Shown here: positions 52,873-64,000 of the stretch, piece after piece | How positions within the stretch are numbered: position 1 is the stretch's first letter | How the letters are laid out: each line of letters starts with the position of its first letter | Assembly: GCA_030704615.1 (NCBI GenBank) | Contig: CM060733.1 | Location: 3,286,001-3,350,000 of the forward strand | Source of the DNA: Takakia lepidozioides | Lineage: Eukaryota > Plantae > Bryophyta | Length of the DNA stretch: 64,000 bases | Reading direction: 5' to 3' | The notes under the pieces: model-generated | The model's input: the letters and a program-made list of their open reading frames with translations, nothing else | Told to the model about the DNA's origin: nothing | Database searches by the model: none | Translations under genes and position numbers: made by a program

Positions 52873-55800
52873 ATGACAGATGCCAATGTAAGCGAGGGAC
52901 ACACAGAGACGGTGGATCCCTACAAGACACCACAGAGAGGCAGTAGCACACCGGTTAGACCATCGCGGGCAAGAGCAGCCCCCGCAATTACCCATACGGT
53001 GGAGAGTGGAGGAGAGGAAAGAACACCTGAAAGAGCACGGATTGTGGCAAGTTCGAGGTGAAGCCAGGGAGAGGGCAGTAGAGACGACGAAGTGCTGGAG
53101 GTGGTTTCGCAGGTGCTGACCCGTTGAGAGGACGACATGGAGGTTTCCTGACCAGGATGACATCCTCTCGGACATCCCAGGCCCCAAACCCGGAGCATAC
53201 AGGCTGGATTTGCGTCCTGGTGGGCTGCCGGAAACCCCTCTGCAGCAGACGTCATGTCTGAGGCGGATATGAAGTTGGCCGCTGCCAAGATGTTGGAGGC
53301 AACCCACAGCAACATTGGCAGGGTGTTGGGGGCATGGTGTCCCCGCCAAGCTTCGAATTCCCCTTTGCCGCTTGGTGTCATTGCAGTGGTGAGACCTGCC
53401 CTCCCAGGCGATATCGACAAGCTGAAATTCTCTTTTCGGGATGGATATCGAATGGGGTCTGCCGCCTTTTACGTTTTCCATTGAGAACGACCACGGAGCT
53501 TCCCGTGCCCACACTTCCGATGAGGTGGACAAATGGGGTCCCCATTGGCAAACGCGAAATGAGGAGTTCGAGAGATCGATTGCTAGTGATCCTCTTTTCC
53601 AGCACATGTCCGGTAAGATGTTCTACGTGTGGGACGGCAATCATCGCCTCCTGGCATGGATGGAGCACATTGCCCAAGCCCACCCCAACGATCTCGATTG
53701 GCATTTCGCCGTCGATTGTGTTGTGCTGAAGGTTGCGCGGGGCCCAAAGATCGCAGTCTTCTCAAAGCTGCAATGGCCGACATCAACTCGTAAGCTACAA
53801 CCCCTCTCGCTTTTGGACTTTGAATTTGGAAGTCATTTCATTGCGAATCCTCATATATGATGAAAATTCCCATTTCAGTATTGTTTGATGGAAATGTGGC
53901 ACTGCAGGGTGACTGAGAATGCCTTCATTGCCATCAACTTGTCCCATATGCTCTTTCCGAGTGAAGGATGTCGGGAAGCAGGCAAGCAAGAGTTTTGCCA
54001 ATTCCCTCAGTGCCGACCTCCTGCGCAAGTCGGAGCAAAGGCAGACAGAACGTGGTATAGGCTGAGCGTCGACGCCATGGTGGACTACATATTTCGGGTA
54101 AAGCTCCTGACAGTTTTGTTGAGCTAATCTGTCTCTCCTCCCCCAATAGAAGAAATTGTGTTGAGCAGGATCTCTAATCTTATGTGCGCATTCTTGACAG
54201 ACGAAAATACAGCAGGATTTGGCACATGCGCGGAGGTTCTACATGGAGTCAGAGGAGAAGAATCCAACCCTCCCGGAACTCGAATCATATGTCAAAGCTG
54301 CGGAGGTGAGGGCCCGCATAAAGTACAAGTCGCGGATGGTAAAGTACGTGGCCATAGCTGATCCCGCCCTTGGTGCCGACTTTCTGGTGGAGGTGGGAAG
54401 CACTACTCTCGCGCTCTGAAGCCCACGATGACATTGGAGAAGCTCCATCGTCTAGCCACATCCTGTGTGGATGCAACAGAAAAGGTGATATATTCTTAAC
54501 AAAATTGTGGTGGCAACAACTCCTTTTTGTGGTGTTTGGCGCTTACGAATATGCTGGGTGGTTGGACAGACCCGGTGGCTCCAAATCTGGAATGGTTCCC
54601 AAAGTACCAGGGACATGTGGAGCTTCCCCAAACCGGACAAACTCTCTGACCCCACATTCGACATGTGGATGAACCGCATGACATGGTGGTTTCAGGTACT
54701 TCCCCACGCTTCGTTTGGGGCTTCTACTCTAGTAGGGGGTGGATTCATTGTATTTTTTTGAGGAAAGCGATCTGATGGACAATCTCCACAGGTGACGACG
54801 AATGCGCAAGAGCAGCTGGACACACAAGCACATCAGTTCAAGATGGAGATATCTCCTGCAGCAGAGAGCCTACGTGACTATGTGACGAGGTACTTTCTGC
54901 TCTACAAAACCAACCTATTCTTTCGGGAGATAGCAGATGCTCGCCGGAGCCACGAGTTCACCGACTAGCCGAACGCGGACAAAGCAGCAATGCGCCTTCT
55001 GTACAGGTACATACGCGCTGCCTTTCTTTCAAGTCCTGGCATTTCAGGATGTTAGAGGCCTCAAGTGGTGTTAGGGAAAATGGCGCCGAATTTCCAGTCA
55101 GGGCTCCGAAAATGGCTAAGTCCCTAGACTGGCTGGCCCGGAACTGGAAATTCGGCGCCATTTTCCAGTTCCAGGCCCTATTGCCGTTCAGGGACTTAGC
55201 CATTTTCGGCCTAAGTCCCTAGACTGGCTGGCCCTGAAGTGGAAATTCGGCGCCATATTCCAGTTTTAGGCCCTATTGCCGTTCAGGGACTTAGCCATTT
55301 TCGGCCTAAGTCCCTAGTGTGGCTGGCCCGGAACTGGAATTCGGCGCCGTTTTCCAGTTCTAGGCCCTATTGCCATCCAGGGACTTAGCCATTTTCGGGC
55401 TAAGTCCCTAGACTGGCTGGCCCTGAACTGGAAATTCGGCGCCATTTTCCAGTTCCAGGCCCTATTGCCGTTCAGGGACTTAGCCATTTTCGGGCTAAGT
55501 CCCTAGACTGGCTGGCCCTGAAGTGGAAATTCGGCGCCATATTCCAGTTTAGGCCCTATTGCCGTTCAGGGACTTAGCCATTTTCGGGCTAAGTCCCTAG
55601 GGTGGCTGGCCCGGAACTGGAAATTCGGCGCCGTTTTCCAGTTCTAGGCCTTATTGCCGTCCAGGGACTTAGCCATTTTCGTGCTAAGTCCCTAGGGTGG
55701 CTGGCCCGGAACTGGAAATTCGGCGCCGTTTTCCAGTTCTAGGCCCTATTGCCGTCCAGGGACTTAGCCATTTTCGGGCTAAGTCCCTAGACTGGCTGGC

Positions 55801-58345
55801 CCTGAACTGGAAATTCGGCGCCGTTTTCCAGTTCCAGGCCCTATTGCCGTTCAGGGACTTAGCCATTTTCGGGCTAAGTCCCTAGACTGGCTGGCCCTGA
55901 AGTGGAAATTCGGCGCCATTTTCCAGTTGTAGGCCCTATTGCCGTTCAGGAACTTAGCCATTTTCGGACCTCATTGTGTTTTTCATGAATGCAGGTACTG
56001 TAAGTTCTCCCTTTTGGAGAAAGGTCATCTGTCTTTCGAGCCACCATTCTTCCTGGCATGGAGGAACCCTGGGGCTGACTCCATGTACACTGACGATATT
56101 GTGAAGGAGTGGCATCTGGAACATTTGCGTGATTGCCCTTGGTATGTGGACCTTCCGCCCGGCTCGCTCGACCCATCCGAGTTTCAATTGAAGCTGGATG
56201 CTGAATTCCGACGAAACCGGGCTCCGCTGCCTCCATTGGGTGCAAAAGAGGCAAAAGCGCTTGCGAACTCCAGGAAAGTGGCAGAGCTTGCTCAGGCAGG
56301 AATTCAGGAGAAATTGCATGAGAAGAGTAAAGGTCAAAGGAAAAGGACAAGGAAACAGGTGACTGCAGTAACACCCAAAAGAAGAAAACCATCGGGGCAT
56401 CGGAGGAGGCGCAGGAGGGGACCCAAGAGAGTGACTCCGACGCCGATTTTGTTCAAGGTCCTGCGACTGCTGTTGCTCCTACCCAGTCACCGGTCGTCCG
56501 GGTTCCCAAGTCAGTTCGGAGTGGGACTGGCTCTGCCAAGAAGTTGGCATTTGAGGGCGAGCCTACACGCCGGTATTCGGCGGTGACGTTTACGCACAGG
56601 CCAAAGCTAGAACCTCCAACCATCATCCAATGCGTCAATGAGAGCTTCCTTGACGCTCTCGCTGCCAGGGCGAAGAAGATGGCACACAACAAGTCTCTGG
56701 CGGAGCAGAAGGGGAAAGCCAAGAAGAGGGCTGCCGGTACAGAGCCTAAAGACACCCCTGGTTTTGAAGCCGTGATGGAATTCTTCACGGCTGTGAGCAC
56801 GAATTGCAAGAGCACTCGGGGGGGGGGTTGAGGTGGAGAGAGCTTGCGACATGATTCTCCTCGACATTCCAGATGGGGAGCTGCTGGAGGGCCTGGATGG
56901 TGTGCCCACCTGGAACAGGTTTACTGAGGACTACTGGAAAGCCGGGTTTGGGCTGGCGGGGATGCTTATGGATGACGGTGGATGTGTGGTTGTCCTTGCC
57001 ACGAGAGGGAAGACCACAGAGAATGCGGTGGCAAGGTGGACACCGAAAAGTGTCACCCCGGTCCTCCTCAGAAAATGGTTCTGCATCAGTACGCAGGGGT
57101 TGCGAACAGAGGGCCAAAGTGTAAGTTATCAATCTATTGCATTCACTTCATATTGTGGTGTATGTTAAGTAGACCCTGGAATTGATCCCTTCTTTGTTGG
57201 ATGTGCAGACATTGGTGTTTGAGGCATATTGCTTTGTGAAGAGAGGGTCTACGTTCAAATTCCGCAACGACGGTCGTCTTGTTGATGCCGCTGTGGACCC
57301 TGTAACCTACGATGTCCTCTACAACTATGTGCCCCACTCTAGTATGCCGAAGGACACAAAGACAGGCAAACCGTGGCGGTACAGCCGGACCCGGAGCCCT
57401 GCTTTCATCCAAACCCTCATGGAGACGTGCTCGGATGTCCAAGGGCGGATTCTGGACCTCACATGCGGCACGGGTAAGCCTTCACGTGCTCAGTTTGTCC
57501 CCTGGCCCCATTGCAATTGCATGCCGCAAGCTATTAACCGCCCGCTTTGTTCCTCAAGTGCTTCAATGTGGGCAGGGACGTTGTCCGACAGGCATGTGTT
57601 CGCCTTCGAGCCAGATACTGCCCTCCACAACTCGGAACTTGCAGCGGCTGAACGTCTGCCGAAAGAGGAAGAGGCATCCTCGGAGGATGAGGAAAAATCC
57701 GAGAAGGAGCAGGGGGAGGAAGTTGGGATCGAGGCCGAGGAGCCCCCACTTTACGAGTGAGTGGTGGCATTGTAAGTTGCCTCCAGATTTTGTGAGGCAC
57801 CTCCCTCCGCTCTCTTATTTCATTGAAAACCATTTCTGCTTGTGCTGGTATTGACATTCTTGAAGTGGATTTGTTCTTACTGTAGGATGCCAAGTACTGC
57901 CGGAGGGACGTCTACACCGGAGTTCATGGGCAGGAGGAACGTGCCTTTTTTTGCCAGGGGGGATTTCATGCCTAGTCCAGAAAGGGAGTACATCCTTCCT
58001 ACTTATGCTGCCCGGCTTGCTTCGGTGTCCATTAGGAGGTGTTCCGAACGTAGTCGTGTACAGCAGATTTTAGACGAGGCAAGCCTCAAGAAAATGAAGA
58101 TGAGGGAGGAGGCAGCAGCTATTAGAGCCCGTCGGGCTCGTAGATTTGTGTTGGATTCTGCTGAGGAAAGTGGGGGAGAAGACGCAGAAGATTCCCAGGA
58201 GGTGAGGTGGACAGTCCTCCAAGGAGAGGACGGGATTTTTGAGAGGCATAGTGGAACTGATGCATCACAGAGCTCGGAGGATGAGGGGGATGAGGGGGAT
58301 GAGGAAGAAGGTGGGGCAAGTTCCTCGGAGGGTGTAGGAGAGTAG
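52873..58345 (+). CDS. Element-B accessory gene: ParB/Srx-like domain, helical region, beta-class DNA amino-methyltransferase-like domain (multi-exon, several frameshifts, start uncertain)
   Basis: VVRPALPGDIDKL..GY and MFYVWDGNHRLLAW (53250-53730). Motif IV-like CDMILLDIPDG (~56845-56877). RSPAFIQTLMETCSDVQGRILDLTCGTG..ASMWAGTLSDRHVFAFEPD (57390-57620) matches motifs X, I and II. Confidence 0.75.
55070..55970. repeat. ~94-bp tandem array (9 copies) inside intron 55007-55994 of the element-B accessory gene
   Basis: Unit CTAAGTCCCTAG..AACTGGAAATTCGGCGCC(A/G)TTTTCCAGTT..AGGGACTTAGCCATTTTCGG, with nested inverted repeats. Confidence 0.93.
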
Positions 58346-58685
58346 TGCCCATTCCGGCTATGACAGTTAGAACACACTTGTATAGACGTGGCTTGCCACA
58401 AAATTTGCAATAAAATGTTGCATTTCAAGTCCACTGGTGCCACATTCCAACTTCACATGACCCTATTTCCGTGCCTCCTAACCCTATTTCCGTGGACTCA
58501 CAATGGTCTGCTCATGCTTTTTTTTTTTCCGCTCATGCTCATGCCGCTCATGAAATAGCAGCCCCCCGTCAAACTGGAGAGCTCTAGAGGCATCGTGGGG
58601 AGCCCTTGTTTCCAGCGGAGGAGGAAGAGAAGGAAGTCACTATACTTCACGAACTCTAGAAACAGGAATAGAGCCAGAGATAGAA

Positions 58686-61600
58686 TGAGGATGGAAAGAG
58701 TGGACGAAGAGGAAAAGGAGGTAGAAGAGGGAGTAGAGGAAAGTGTGGCGATGGAGGAGCAGGAATCAGCAGAAGAACAGCAGCCCGCCATAGTTCCAAG
58801 AACAGATGAAGAGGACACCGCATCTGAGGGAGAGACAGACGAGATGGAAGAGGATGTTGAAGGTGGCCTCACGAGGAGTCTGCCTGCGGGAAAGAGGAAG
58901 GGGGAGAGGCTCACGTACACGCTCGGCGCAGAGAGCAGCCCGAAGCGCAAAGGGTCCCCGACAATTGGGGAGTCTTCTGGAGCAGCCAAGAAAAAGGTGA
59001 AATCTTTAAGACCCACATTTGTGTTTCGATGCTGATATAAATATAGCCCACACAGGACCAATCTGCACCAAGCCGATAGCACCGCAAACTGGAAGCCCAA
59101 ATAGTGTGCGGCAACGCACACTGTTTGGGCCTACCCATTTGGTTGATTGTTCAGGTGCGAAACGCCCAAACTTGGGCACTACAGCAGGTTCAATACAACC
59201 CAAATTGCAAGCTCAATCAGAGACAGTTGAGCTGAACATTTCACTGTTGTTTCCGTCTCGATATCGATTTTCCAGGACATGTATGTCAGGACGACAAAAC
59301 CCTTCATTGGCAGCTCAAATAGTGTGCGATGGCGCACACTGTTTGAGCTCTACATGTCACGGTTTTGTCCTTGTTGAATTCGCCCTTTAGAGCACGTTTA
59401 TGATGACGAAATAACCATTCAGTGGCAGCTCAAACAGTGTGTGTTGGCGCACACTATTTGAGCTGAACATGTAAGTGTTTTTTCCGATTGAAATTCGGCA
59501 TTTAGGGCACGTTTCTGAGGATGAAATAACCATTCAGTGGCAGCTCAAACAGTGTGCGCCAACGCACACTGTTTGAGCTGTACATGTCACTGCTTTTTTG
59601 GTGTTAAATTCGGACTTCCAGGGCACGTTTATGATGATGAAATAACCATTCAGTGGCAGCTCAAACAGTGTGCGCCAACGCACATTGTTTGAGCTGAACA
59701 TGTCACTGCTTTTTTGGTGTTAAATTCGGACTTCCAGGGCACGTTTATGCTGACGAAATAACCAATCAGTGGCAGCTCAAACACTGTGCGTTGGCGCACA
59801 CTGTTTGAGCTGAACATGTAAGTGTTTTTTCCGATTGAAATTCGGCATTTAGGGCACGTTTCTGAGGATGAAATAACCATTCAGTGGCAGCTCAAACAGT
59901 GTGCGCCAACGCACACTGTTTGAGCTGTACATGTCACTGCTTTTTTGGTGTTAAATTCGGACTTCCACGGCACGTTTATGATGATGAAATAACCATTCAG
60001 TGGCAGCTCAAACAGTGTGCGCCAACGCACACTGTTTGAGCTGAACATGTCACTGCTTTTTGGTGTTAAATTCGGACTTCCAGGGCACGTTTATGATGAC
60101 GAAATAACCATTCAGTGGCAGCTCAAACAGTGTGCGCCAACGCACACTGTTTGAGCTGAACATGTCACTGCTTTTTTGGTGTTAAATTCGGACATCCACG
60201 GCAGGTTTATTATGATGAAATAACCATTCAGTGGCAGCTCAAACAGTGTGCGCCAACGGACACTGTTTGAGCTGTACATGTCACTCCTTTTTTGGTGTTA
60301 AATTCGGACTTCCACGGCCGGTTTGTGATGATGAAATAAACATTCAGTGGCAGCTCAAACAGTGTGCGCCAACGCACACTGTTTGAGCTGTACATGTCAC
60401 TGATTTTTTGGTGTTAAATTCGGACTTCCACAGCACGTTTATGATGAGAAAATAACCATTCAGTGGCAGCTCAAACAGTGTGCGTTGGCGCACACTGTTT
60501 GAGCTGAACATGTAAGTGTTTTTTTCGATTGAAATTCGGCATTTAGGGCACGTTTCTGAGGATGAAATAACCATTCAGTGGCAGCTCAAACAGTGTGCGC
60601 CAACGCACACTGTTTGAGCTGTACATGTCACTGATTTTTTGGTGTTAAATTCGGACTTCCACGGCACGTTTATGATGAGGAAATAACCATTCAGTGGCAG
60701 CTCAAACAGTGTGCGTTGGCGCACACTGTTTGAGCTGAACATGTAAGTGTTTTTTCCGATTGAAATTCGGCATTTAGGGCACGTTTCTGAGGATGAAATA
60801 ACCATTCAGTGGCAGCTCAAACAGTGTGCGCCAACGCACACTGTTTGAGCTGTACATGTCATCGCTTTTTTGGTGTTAAATTTGGACTTCCAGGGCACGT
60901 TTATGATTATGAAATAACCATTCAGTGGCAGCTCAAACAGTGTGCGCCAACGCACACTGTTTGAGCTGAACATGTCACTGCTTTTTTGGTGTTAAATTCG
61001 GACTTCCAGGGCCGGTTTATGATGATGAAGTAACCATTCAGTGGCAGCTCAAACAGTGTGCGCCAACGCACACTGTTTGAGGTGTACGTGTCACACTGTT
61101 CGAACTCACCTTTTCACTTTTTTCATCCAAAATCGGCCGCATATCTTGGAGTTTACAATGAACACTTACCTGGCACAAGTAGATGTTCAATTATCATTTA
61201 CATGGCAAGTGAAACAGTGTGCGTCAACGCACACTGTTTGAGCCCACTTTTACATTGTCTATTTTTGTGGAATTCGGCAACATAGGACATGTCTGTGAGG
61301 GTCAATGTACACTTACCTGGCAGCTTAAAATACTGTGCGTCAACGCACAGTCTTTGAGCCCACTTTTTCATGCCTAAGCCGACGTTTCATGCCTCTCTAA
61401 TATCAAGTTGAATGAACAACCCTGTAGGAGAAGATGCAAAGTGTGGCAGATGAGGTCCCTTCGGGTCAGGAGAAGGAGATAATTGTTGATGTGGACGATG
61501 AGTTCTATGAAAGCAAAGCCGCTGAGATGCTGGGGGGTCAGAAGGTAAACTCTCAGCTTGTGGTGCAAAGTCTGCTTGCCCCGGGTGGGAGGTTGAAGAT

Positions 61601-64000
61601 TCCCCTGTGTAGGTTGGTTTCCATGCCCGTCGTTCGTACACCCCTCGTCAAGGACATTCTCAAGCTGGAGGCCGAGTTTGTGCATGGGTATTTGGATGGA
61701 TCCGCAGTCTTTTACGTTTCTACTAGGGATTCCAAAGGTAATGAGCTCCTCGTGGATCAGTCAATCGTGGACTCCTGGGACCCCATTTGGAGACAGCTGA
61801 ACGAATCCTTCGAACTTCTTCTCTCCAGGAAACCTTCCACCCAGGCATTCTCGGGAAAGATGTTTCACGTTTGGGATGGGAACCACCGCTTGCTTGCATG
61901 GATGGCTGTCATTGGGAGGCTGCACTCACAGGAGGAAGAGTGGCATTACTCTGTTCGATCGATGGTGTTGGATTGTGACGGGAACATGATGGGTCTTCTG
62001 ACGGCAATGAATGATGTGAACATGTTGGTTTCTCATTCTACATGTTCCACTTGTGGTTCCGTTCTTTTTTGATTGAAGACCTTGAATTTCATTCTGACTT
62101 ACAGATATCATTCTGCAGAGGAACGGAGACATCGCATGTCAAAACGAGTTTGGTTCACACACTGTATAGGATACAAAGGATAGGGCAGATGCCCTTGACC
62201 AACTTCAAGACCATCCTTTCAGCAGAGATGTACAAGAAGTGCGAAAGCTCCAAGACATCGGAAACGTGGTACTCGTTGACCCGTGAGGCTTTCATGGAGT
62301 ACATGTACACGGTGAGATACATCTTCCTTCATCTGGTCTTCCATATTCCACATGTTTGTTTCTGTTTGTTTCCCTTGACCTTGTGCTGATGCAACTCTCT
62401 TGCATTCCCTTGCAGCAAGACATTGCAGATGCAGGGGAGCGTGGCAAACTGGAATACTACAGCTCTACCCCTGAGGAGAGAAGGACAGCAAAGGGGGTTG
62501 AGAGTCGCATCCAGAAAGAGATGACCTCTACAAGAAGGACTATAATGAGTGCTTTCGTGAAGCAGTTGAGAATTGCCGACCCATCATTCGGACCGCAGTT
62601 TCTCCTGGAGATAAAAAAAACCATTATAACAAGCCAGGCAAGCCAGAAATGGCCCAGGAGAAGTTGCACAGGCTGTCTACCGCCGTTGTGTCTCCAGAAC
62701 AAAAGGTGAAGTGGCTGCAGATATGGAACTCCGATCCCACAGTTAGGGATACCCACATGTTCCCAAGGCCGGAGAAAGAGAAGAAGACCCAGCGTGTCAT
62801 TCCTGTCAGTGACAATGTGCTGGACACCTGGCTTCACAAGGCCACTTACTGGAGCCAGGTGTGATGTCCTTCCCTGTGTCACTGTCTTTTCTCTTTTCCT
62901 GTCCTTATCTTTCTATTGCCTCTTACATTCGCTGTGATTGCTTTTGGTTTCATTCTTGCATTTGTATTGTTTTGCAGTTGGAAGAAAGGGCCAGATCGGT
63001 TCTGCATACTCAACTGGCTGATTATGGCATCAGTATGATAGCACCAAAGGTGTCCTTCGAAGCATACATGAGGAAATGGAGAGCCACAGTGTGGCACTCT
63101 TGTTTCTTTAGAGAGTTCAGCAAGGAGGGTGGCATCAGTCGAACAAATGAGCTGGACCAGCAAGAAAAAGGAGAGGAAGCCTGGAAACGATGCCTTTACA
63201 GGTGCACACTCTTGCACTACTTATTTGTGCTGTGGTTGCAATGTGTTGTGTGGCATACTGTTTAAGGGGGTCTTCCTGGTGTGATGGAAAAGTTGCCACA
63301 CAATATTTCCATTGTAAAATGAGGTTGTCTCTGTTGCTGCAGGTACATAAAGTTTGTTCTCCTGGAAGAGCTGGACAAACATCCAGATTTCGTGGACCTG
63401 TGGCTTGTCCCTGCTGGCAACCAGACCATGTTCACTACTGGGATCTTGCATGACTGGGGCCCAGACCATCTTTCTTCTTGTGGTTGGTATTTGGATTGCC
63501 CTCCTTCTGAGACCCCAGCTCCAGAGGTGTCTTTGAGGAGAGAGAATGACCGTATTGCAGCCACTGCCGCAGCAGCCGACCTCGACATTCATGAACGAAA
63601 TTTGAGGACTCTTGCAGAGAAGGAGCCTCCCGCTCACGATACCCCAGGTAGAGGAAGAAAGGCAAAGGGAAAAGATGTTGCTGGTGTTGTGGGGAAGGGA
63701 AGGGGTAGAGGGAAGGTGGCACAAGGGCAGGGAAGTGTTGCAGATATTGGCCCTGTGGAGCATGTCCAGCAGACTCCACCGCATGGTAGGGGATCCGGGA
63801 GAAAAAACAAGGGGGTGGTTGATCCCAAGGACCCGTACCATGCAGTGGAACATCCCACGAGGGTCATTCGCCCAACCAGGTTGGAGATGGCCAACGTCGG
63901 GTTCCTTGCCATGATGGAGTCGAAGAAATCTGATTACAAGGGCGAGCCATCACCAGTGTGGGACAGGATTGTGCAGTTCCTCAGCACGGTGCGTGTTCTC
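58686..64000 (+). CDS. Element-A accessory gene C, paralogue of the element-B ParB-like gene; 3' end (expected MTase-like domain) beyond window
   Basis: Acidic exon to 58996, phase-0 intron 58997-61427, then VVRTPLVKDILKL..GY..MFHVWDGNHRLLAW. Later LYR|YIKFVLLE matches LYR|YCKFSLLE of gene B. Confidence 0.78.
59090..61360. repeat. ~115-bp tandem array (about 19 units), each with an 18-bp-stem hairpin CAGCTCAAACAGTGTGCG-(CCAA/TTGG)-CGCACACTGTTTGAGCTG, inside intron 1 of gene C
   Basis: Hairpins every 114-116 bp from ~59311 to ~61045, with degenerate copies at ~59095, 61205, 61321. Two spacer variants. Confidence 0.95.

Larger units (their letters stand above)
43564..58566. mobile_element. Complete 15,003-bp MULE-like element B with TIRs and 8-bp TSD
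   Basis: TSD CGTCAAAC at 43556-43563 and 58567-58574. Left end GAGGTTTGCTATTTCATGAGC; right end reverse-complements to GGGGGCTGCTATTTCATGAGC. Subterminal CATGAGC repeats at both ends. Confidence 0.92.
38893..64000. mobile_element. MULE-like element A (transposase plus divergent ParB-like gene), interrupted by element B, right end beyond window
   Basis: Removing element B at its TSD joins 43563 to 58575 and places transposase A (-) and ParB-like gene C (+) head to head, as in B. Candidate left TIR GAGGGCCTATTACCATGG at 38893 loosely resembles B's TIR. Confidence 0.6.

Noticed and set aside
53254-57640. Bacterial contamination or prophage as source of the ParB/MTase-like gene
   Set aside because: The gene has GT-AG introns shared with its paralogue and lies within a TSD-bounded eukaryotic transposon.
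59090-61360. CRISPR-like repeat-spacer appearance
   Set aside because: The spacers are near-identical (two variants), there are no cas genes, and the array lies in a eukaryotic intron.

Overview
Eukaryotic DNA from a land plant, probably seed-free: spliced genes, plant tRNA-iMet, BT1-like carrier, CNX7. The species cannot be determined from the sequence. Bases 1-16 kb are ordinary host sequence: a decayed LINE, tRNA-iMet, a mitochondrial-carrier gene, the molybdopterin synthase small subunit, a MITE and an unknown membrane-protein gene. From about 17 kb to the end is a nest of transposons: (1) a decayed DUF7869/Sola-like DNA transposon; (2) a Ty3 chromovirus; (3) a Mutator-like (MULE) element 'A', apparently inserted in the Ty3 leader and running off the window; (4) a complete 15,003-bp MULE element 'B' (43564-58566) with TIRs and an 8-bp TSD (CGTCAAAC), inserted between the two divergent genes of A. 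The main observation is that all three DNA transposons carry a second, intron-containing gene with an N-terminal ParB/Srx-like domain (DGNHR or GGQH). In the two copies whose C-terminus is visible, it ends in a beta-class DNA amino-methyltransferase-like fold. Each element also carries many copies of its own palindrome, mostly in introns and intergenic DNA: element 1 AACCTCCACTGNNCAGTGGAGGTT; A CAGCTCAAACAGTGTGCG-N4-CGCACACTGTTTGAGCTG; B GGAAATTCGGCGCCGAATTTCC. This suggests a transposon-borne ParB/parS-like self-recognition and DNA-marking or anti-silencing module. That function is inferred, and domain calls are by eye from motifs, not from database searches.
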